A stretch of DNA of 64,000 bases from an uncultured cyanobacterium (lineage in GTDB: Bacteria; Cyanobacteriota; Cyanobacteriia; PCC-6307; Cyanobiaceae): NCBI GenBank assembly GCA_963765575.1, contig CAVXWZ010000011.1, forward strand, positions 640,001 to 704,000, in the 5' to 3' direction. Under the pieces are notes generated by a model. The model saw nothing but the letters and a program-made list of their open reading frames with translations. It did not search any database and had not been told where the DNA came from. Made by a program: the position numbers and the translations under genes. The first letter of the stretch is position 1. Every line of letters starts with the position of its first letter. Positions 58,893 through 64,000 of the stretch are shown piece by piece.

Positions 58893-59255
58893 ATGGATCT
58901 GCGGTCAATGTCGGTGGTGCAGCGGGTCAAAGCGCTGGTGCAGGCCCTCAACGGCGCCCGCCGCACCAACGAAGCCCTGGCCCGCTGCAGCGACGGCGAG
59001 CAGATGCTCGATGTGCTGCTCGACGCCTCCGCCAAGCTCGGCCTTGGCCTCAGCCGCGAGCAGCTGGCGGACACGCCGCCGATCCGCGACTGGGTCTGGT
59101 GGAAGAACAAGGAGGCCCTGCTCACGATCGGCGATAACAAGCCCCGCTATCAGCAGGACGGTGGCCAGGGCCGTGCCAGCCAGCTGAGCGAGGGCAAGGG
59201 CGAAGACGAGGCCGAGGGGGACAAGCCGCGGCGACGCTTCCTGGGGTTGTTCTAG
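58893..59255 (+). CDS. Hypothetical protein with weak Nif11-leader-like N-terminus
   Basis: Host-like codon usage; ..KLGLGLSREQL, PPIRDWVWWKNK; start may be ATG 58908. Confidence 0.65.
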   Translation: MDLRSMSVVQRVKALVQALNGARRTNEALARCSDGEQMLDVLLDASAKLGLGLSREQLADTPPIRDWVWWKNKEALLTIGDNKPRYQQDGGQGRASQLSEGKGEDEAEGDKPRRRFLGLF

Positions 59256-59264
59256 GGGCCGCTG

Positions 59265-59585
59265 TCAGGCAGCGCCGGCCAGGGCATCGGGAATGGCGGC
59301 GCTGGGGGCTTCGAACTGGCCCTTGAGCACGAACTCCAGCCGCAGCTTCAGAAACGTGATGAAGGTCTCATCGGTGGACACCACCGCCGCCGCCGGCCGG
59401 GGCACGTTGCTGCCGCTGCCCCCCAGCTCGGCGCTGTCCAGGAACGCCGGGCGGCGCACCAGCCAGAAATCGATCTCCTTGCCCTGCTCGCCGTAGTGGC
59501 GCACGCGTTCGCGCAGCACCTCCTCCAGGGGTTCCTCCTCGATCAGGAAGCGTTCACTGGCGGCGACGAAGTGGTAGAGGCTCAT
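59265..59585 (-). CDS. ycf54: Mg-protoporphyrin IX monomethyl ester cyclase accessory factor
   Basis: [40 protein letters not shown]. Confidence 0.93.
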   Translation of the reverse strand: MSLYHFVAASERFLIEEEPLEEVLRERVRHYGEQGKEIDFWLVRRPAFLDSAELGGSGSNVPRPAAAVVSTDETFITFLKLRLEFVLKGQFEAPSAAIPDALAGAA

Positions 59586-60331
59586 GGCTGATGGCTGCCG
59601 AACAGGGGGTCGCGGCGGGGATTCTGAACCAGCGCCCGCATCTCCCGCACCGCCTGCTCCAGCCCCACGGCCAGGGCCCGGGCCACGATCGTGTGGCCGA
59701 TGTTGAGCTCTTCCATGCCCTCGATCGCCGCCACCGGCTCCACGTTCTGATAGGTGAGCCCGTGGCCGGCGTTGACCCGCAGCCCGAGGCTGCGGGCGAT
59801 GAAGCTGCCCTCCTGCAACCGGGCCAGCGCGGCGGGTTGCTCCGCCCAGCCGGCCTCGGCGTAGCCGCCGGTGTGCAGCTCCACCCAGCGGGCGCCGGTG
59901 GCGGCTGAGGCCTCCAGCTGGTGCGTGTCGGCATCCACGAACAGGCTCACGGCGATGCCGGCGGCCTGCAGCCGCTCCACCAGGCCGCTGAGACTTCTCT
60001 GCTGGCCGGCCACATCCAGGCCGCCCTCGGTGGTCACCTCCTGGCGCTGCTCCGGCACCAGGGTGACCATGTCGGGGCCGAGGCGCAGGGCGATCGCCTC
60101 CATTTCGGCGGTGGCGGCCATCTCCAGGTTGAGGCGGCTGCGCAGGGTGCGGCGCAGCAACTCCACGTCGCGGTCCTGGATGTGGCGCCGGTCCTCGCGC
60201 AGATGCACGGTGATGCCGTCGGCACCGCCCAGCTCCGCCAGCAGGGCGTAGGTGACGGGATCGGGTTCCACCGTGAGCCGCGCCTGGCGCACGTTGGCGA
60301 TGTGGTCAATGTTGACGCCGAGGCTGGCCAT
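59582..60331 (-). CDS. pdxJ: Pyridoxine 5'-phosphate synthase
   Basis: [40 protein letters not shown]. Confidence 0.97.
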   Translation of the reverse strand: MASLGVNIDHIANVRQARLTVEPDPVTYALLAELGGADGITVHLREDRRHIQDRDVELLRRTLRSRLNLEMAATAEMEAIALRLGPDMVTLVPEQRQEVTTEGGLDVAGQQRSLSGLVERLQAAGIAVSLFVDADTHQLEASAATGARWVELHTGGYAEAGWAEQPAALARLQEGSFIARSLGLRVNAGHGLTYQNVEPVAAIEGMEELNIGHTIVARALAVGLEQAVREMRALVQNPRRDPLFGSHQP

Positions 60332-60490
60332 CACGCCCGCAGCCAAACCCGGATCCTATGGAGGTCCGCCGCTGCGCCGGAGCGTCAACTGCACGCCCGC
60401 CGCCAGCGAGTCCCCAACCGCTCCCTAGCGTCTGGGCTGCAGGGTGGAGGGGAGTTGGCGGCCGCATCGACCCTCAGGTCCAGGAGTGGA

Positions 60491-61198
60491 GTGGCGCCGG
60501 TGAACAGCCGCATCAGCCCCTGGCTGAGCCCCATGGCGATGGTGCTCACCCAGGACGTCGCCCTGCCGTTGTGGTTCCGGCACATCACCGTGGAGGGCTT
60601 CGAGCGGCTGCCGCGCCAGGGGCCCCTGCTGCTGGCGCCCACCCACAAGGCCCGCTGGGATGGCCTGCTGTTGCCCCATGCCGCCGGGCGCCGGACCACC
60701 GGCCGCGATTGCCGCTTCATGGTCACCATCGATGAGATGGAAGGGCTGCAGGGTTGGTTCCTGGAGCGTCTGGGATGCTTTGCCGTCAACCAGCTGCGGC
60801 CGTCGCTGGCCTGCTTGCGGCATGCCGTGGAGCTGCTGGAGGCTGGGGAGCAGCTGGTGGTGTTCCCGGAGGGGCGCATCCGCCGCCACAGCGATGAACC
60901 GATGGACCTGCAGCAGGGCCTGGCCCGGCTGGCGGCCCTGGCCCTGGGTCGCGGCGTTCCCGTGCCGGTGGTGCCGGTCGGCATTGCCTACGGCCACCCC
61001 TGGCCCCGGCCCTGTGATCAGGCGGCGATCTGTTTCGGGGCGCCGATGCAGATCGAGGCCGTGGGCCGCGAGGCCGCCACTGCCTTCACCTGCCAGCTGG
61101 CCGAAGCGCTGCCGCCGCTGGAACGCCGCGCCGAGGCCTTGAGCGCCGCCGTCGCTCTGCCGCTGCCGTCCGGGGGCGCTGGAGAACAGGCCCCTTAG
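60491..61198 (+). CDS. plsC: Lysophospholipid acyltransferase (PlsC family)
   Basis: APTHKARWD (HX4D), VVFPEG, VPVVPVGI; AGGAG before GTG 60491. Confidence 0.85.
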   Translation: MAPVNSRISPWLSPMAMVLTQDVALPLWFRHITVEGFERLPRQGPLLLAPTHKARWDGLLLPHAAGRRTTGRDCRFMVTIDEMEGLQGWFLERLGCFAVNQLRPSLACLRHAVELLEAGEQLVVFPEGRIRRHSDEPMDLQQGLARLAALALGRGVPVPVVPVGIAYGHPWPRPCDQAAICFGAPMQIEAVGREAATAFTCQLAEALPPLERRAEALSAAVALPLPSGGAGEQAP

Positions 61199-61228
61199 AG
61201 TTCGCCCGCTCCCCAGTCTCCGTGCGCC

Positions 61229-61900
61229 GTGCGTTGCTCTCCCCGCCGTCGAGGCGGTCCACTCCGCGGTCAGCTTCTCCGTGAGCTCCCCTGCCAGCTG
61301 TTCGCCCGGCTGGGCGGCGCTCAGCCCAGTCTGCCCGGGACACGTCTGCCGGGAACACAGCCCGCCAGCCGTGGCTGGGCTGTGCCCGTGATCGCCCTGG
61401 CCGCGCTGGCGATCGCCGCGCCCCTCGCCCTGCCGCCGCTGCAGGCCCAGGAGGCGCCCCGCGCTGAAGGGGCCGTCACCAACCCCCTCAGCCTGGCGAC
61501 GGTGCGCAGCCTGCTGGCCCGCGGTGATGCCGCCGCTGCCCGCGGCGATCTCGACGAGGCACGGCGGCTCTACGACCAGGCCCGCGACCTGTCGCGGCGG
61601 CTGCTGGGGTTCTACCGGGATCTCACCGGCGCGTTCCGGGGCCTCGATGCCCGCATCCCCCGCGAGATGGACCAGAAGGGGCGTGAAACCCTGCAGGTGC
61701 TGGCCCAGACCAACCTGCGCCTGGCGGCTCTCTTCCGCCGTCAGAACCAGCCCGAGGTGGCGGTACCGCTCCTGGTGGAGGTGGTGAAGGTGATGACGCC
61801 CGTCAGCGACGAGGGTCGCCAGGCCTACCAGACCCTGGTGGAGATCGGCTTCGCCAACACGCCCTTCACCGCCGGCCAGGCGATTTCGGGAGGGAGCTAG
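61229..61900 (+). CDS. Conserved cyanobacterial exported TPR-like protein
   Basis: Signal-like ALAALAIAAPLALPPLQA; FY.DL..AFRGLDARI, AVPLLVEVV; start uncertain. Confidence 0.7.
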   Translation: MRCSPRRRGGPLRGQLLRELPCQLFARLGGAQPSLPGTRLPGTQPASRGWAVPVIALAALAIAAPLALPPLQAQEAPRAEGAVTNPLSLATVRSLLARGDAAAARGDLDEARRLYDQARDLSRRLLGFYRDLTGAFRGLDARIPREMDQKGRETLQVLAQTNLRLAALFRRQNQPEVAVPLLVEVVKVMTPVSDEGRQAYQTLVEIGFANTPFTAGQAISGGS

Positions 61901-61951
61901 CCCATCCAGGGGGAACGTTGCCTAGATTCCGGCCGTTCCCCTGATTGCCCG

Positions 61952-62185
61952 ATGGTCCAACCCGACCAGGTCAAGGCGGCCATCCATCACGCCATGCCCG
62001 ATGCCGAGGTGGAGGTCGACGACCTCACCGGTGGCGGCGACCACCTGCAGGTGAAGGTGGTGTCCAGCGCCTTTGCTGGCCTCACCCGCATCAAACAGCA
62101 CCAACTGGTGTATGGCGCCCTGCGCCAGGAACTGGCCAGCGAGGCGATTCATGCCCTGGCCCTGCAAACCTCAACCCCCAGCTGA
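61952..62185 (+). CDS. bolA: BolA family protein
   Basis: [27 protein letters not shown]. Confidence 0.93.
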   Translation: MVQPDQVKAAIHHAMPDAEVEVDDLTGGGDHLQVKVVSSAFAGLTRIKQHQLVYGALRQELASEAIHALALQTSTPS

Positions 62186-62188
62186 TTC

Positions 62189-62512
62189 ATGGACGCCAGC
62201 GTCAAGGAACGGATCGATGCCCTGGTTGCCACCAGCCCGGTCTATGTGTTCATGAAGGGCACCAAACTCATGCCCCAGTGCGGATTCTCAAACAACGTGG
62301 TTCAGATTCTGCATGCCATGGGTGTGTCCTTCGAAACCTTTGATGTGCTCTCCGACATGGAGATCCGTCAGGGGATCAAGGAGTATTCCGAGTGGCCCAC
62401 AATTCCCCAGGTCTACCTGAATGGGGAATTCATGGGTGGATCGGACATCCTCATCGAGATGTACAACTCCGGTGAGCTGCGTGAGCACCTGGCCGTGGCC
62501 CTGGCCAGCTAG
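62189..62512 (+). CDS. grxD: Monothiol glutaredoxin Grx4
   Basis: [23 protein letters not shown]. Confidence 0.96.
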   Translation: MDASVKERIDALVATSPVYVFMKGTKLMPQCGFSNNVVQILHAMGVSFETFDVLSDMEIRQGIKEYSEWPTIPQVYLNGEFMGGSDILIEMYNSGELREHLAVALAS

Positions 62513-62515
62513 GTC

Positions 62516-62782
62516 TCAGTTGCGGCCGGATTCATACAGGCTGCGGGGGTCGCCGTCGGCACCAATGAAACTGGAGGGGTCCAGGATCCAGCGATCCACC
62601 AGCTCCTCCAGCCGGCGCTGGGCCAGTGGGTCGAGAATCGACGTGCGCCTGAGGGCGTGCAGGTAGCCATCGGCGTAGAGCCTCAGCTCCGGTGGACCCT
62701 GGCGGCGGTGGGCCAGCTCCTGGAGGGCGTCACACAGCGACTGGAAATGGCGGATGGCGTCCGGGTGCTGCAGCGCGTTCAT
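62516..62782 (-). CDS. Conserved cyanobacterial small protein (DUF6761-like)
   Basis: LQHPDAIRHFQSLCDA..ELRLYADGYLHAL..DPSSF; ATG 62782. Confidence 0.7.
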   Translation of the reverse strand: MNALQHPDAIRHFQSLCDALQELAHRRQGPPELRLYADGYLHALRRTSILDPLAQRRLEELVDRWILDPSSFIGADGDPRSLYESGRN

Positions 62783-62923
62783 CGTGGACGGGAAGCTTGG
62801 CTGCATTCTGGCCAATGGCGCCGGGGTGGTCAGTTGCGAAGGCTGTGGCAGATATCCGACCCTCTCCATCAACTCCGATAGGTTGATGGCCTGGGGATAC
62901 CAAAAGGATGGCACCCAGCGACC

Positions 62924-63742
62924 ATGGCAGCCACCGACTCCTCACCACCTCCACCGTCCAGCCAACTCTCGCCGGGCTCACCGTCCGTTCCTGACGCCGT
63001 GTCGGCCGGCGGCGCCCGGCGGATCCTCGTCGTCGACCCCCACGCCACCTTGCGCACGGTGCTGGCCCAGCGCCTGCGTCAGGATGGCCATCTGGCCGCC
63101 GCTGTCCCCTCGGCCCGCGAAGCTCTGCAGCTCTGTCGCGACCAGTCGCCGGACCTGCTGGTCAGCGCCGAGCTGCTGGATGAGAGCAACGCCCTGCGTC
63201 TGGCCAACCAGCTGCACTGCCCGGTGATGGTGCTCACGGCCCGCTCGGGCTCCGAGCCGATGGTGAACCTGCTCGATGCCGGGGCCGATGACGTGCTGCG
63301 CAAGCCCTTCGGCCTCGAGGAACTGGCTGCCCGCTGCCGCACCCTGCTGCGCCGCAGCGGCACCGGCCTGCAGGAACGCGTCTGCGTGGGGCCCCTGGAG
63401 GTGCACCTGCTGCTGCGGCAGGTGACCCTGCGCGACCAGCCGGTGGAGCTGAGCCCGCGGGAATTTGCCCTCCTCTGTGCCCTGTTGATGCCCCCCGGAC
63501 TGGTGCGCACCCGCCAGGAGCTGCTGCGCATGGCCTGGCCGCCGTTCAGCGGCGGCCCCCGGTCGGTGGACACCCAGGTGCTCACCCTGCGCCGCAAACT
63601 CGAGCAGGCGGGCCTGGGCGAGGGCGGTGGCATCGAGACGATGCGCCAGCAGGGCTATCGCTTCAGCCTCGAGACCCTCTCCGATAGCGACGGCGGCGCC
63701 TCTGCCGATCGCAGCCCGCCCCTGCGCAGCCTCAGCGCCTGA
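62924..63742 (+). CDS. OmpR-family response regulator with atypical receiver
   Basis: GADDVLRKPF.LEELAAR, LSPREFALL, RSVDTQVLTLRRKL, GYRF. Confidence 0.9.
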   Translation: MAATDSSPPPPSSQLSPGSPSVPDAVSAGGARRILVVDPHATLRTVLAQRLRQDGHLAAAVPSAREALQLCRDQSPDLLVSAELLDESNALRLANQLHCPVMVLTARSGSEPMVNLLDAGADDVLRKPFGLEELAARCRTLLRRSGTGLQERVCVGPLEVHLLLRQVTLRDQPVELSPREFALLCALLMPPGLVRTRQELLRMAWPPFSGGPRSVDTQVLTLRRKLEQAGLGEGGGIETMRQQGYRFSLETLSDSDGGASADRSPPLRSLSA

Positions 63743-63764
63743 CCCGCAGCCTCAGCGCTTGACC
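63725..63764. repeat. 20-bp tandem duplication at convergent stop codons
   Basis: CGCAGCCTCAGCGCCTGACC / CGCAGCCTCAGCGCTTGACC. Confidence 0.85.
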
Positions 63765-64000
63765 AGCAGCGTGATTCCCCAGGCCAGTTCGCCCACAAGC
63801 ATGACGCCACAAAGCATCGCCAGCAGCCGGTAGGTCCAGGGCGGGCTGATGCGGCCGATGCCGCTGGTGTCCAGGCCGGTGTGGCTGGACAGGTCCGCCA
63901 GGAAGGCCTCGAACCGGGCCACGCGCTGGGGCAGGAGGAAGGCGCCATCACCGCTGCGCAGGTAGTAGACGCGACCGCCCTGGCTGGTGGCGACGGAGGT
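63752..64000 (-). CDS. 3' end of conserved cyanobacterial membrane protein (partial)
   Basis: TSQGGRVYYL..LLPQRVARF..PPWTY plus C-terminal TM; stop at 63752. Confidence 0.7.
   Translation of the reverse strand, partial: TSVATSQGGRVYYLRSGDGAFLLPQRVARFEAFLADLSSHTGLDTSGIGRISPPWTYRLLAMLCGVMLVGELAWGITLLVKR

Noticed and set aside
1..64000. tRNA, rRNA, CRISPR array, IS transposase, integrase, reverse transcriptase
   Set aside because: None recognised by eye; short ncRNAs could have been missed without covariance-model searches.

Overview
High-GC picocyanobacterial (Cyanobium/freshwater Synechococcus-like) chromosome, inferred from gene content and order. Two blocks of mostly core genes (1-23.0 kb: bciB-like reductase, malQ, group-2 sigma factor, clpC, lysA-cdaA-uppS-bioB-trhO; 39.8-64 kb: lipA, recR, psbP, rbp, DEAD-box helicase, recCBD, ycf54, pdxJ, bolA-grxD) flank an accessory patch at about 23.0-39.8 kb. 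The strongest unexplained structure is a small integron-like cassette array with no integrase in the window (about 23.9-25.6 kb): one intact attC site (24751-24840), up to three decayed attC-like hairpins, a self-promoted DUF4160/DUF2442 toxin-antitoxin cassette and a pseudogenised 2H-phosphoesterase cassette. Other notable observations: a sigma-factor gene whose core has sharply different codon usage from its ends, a recR gene that apparently needs a non-canonical (CTG) start, an AraC-type direct-repeat site inside the regulator's own 3' end, a structured DEAD-helicase leader and an unannotated 27-aa membrane ORF. No rRNA, tRNA, CRISPR array, transposase or integrase was recognised. All product calls come from motif recognition by eye, not database searches.
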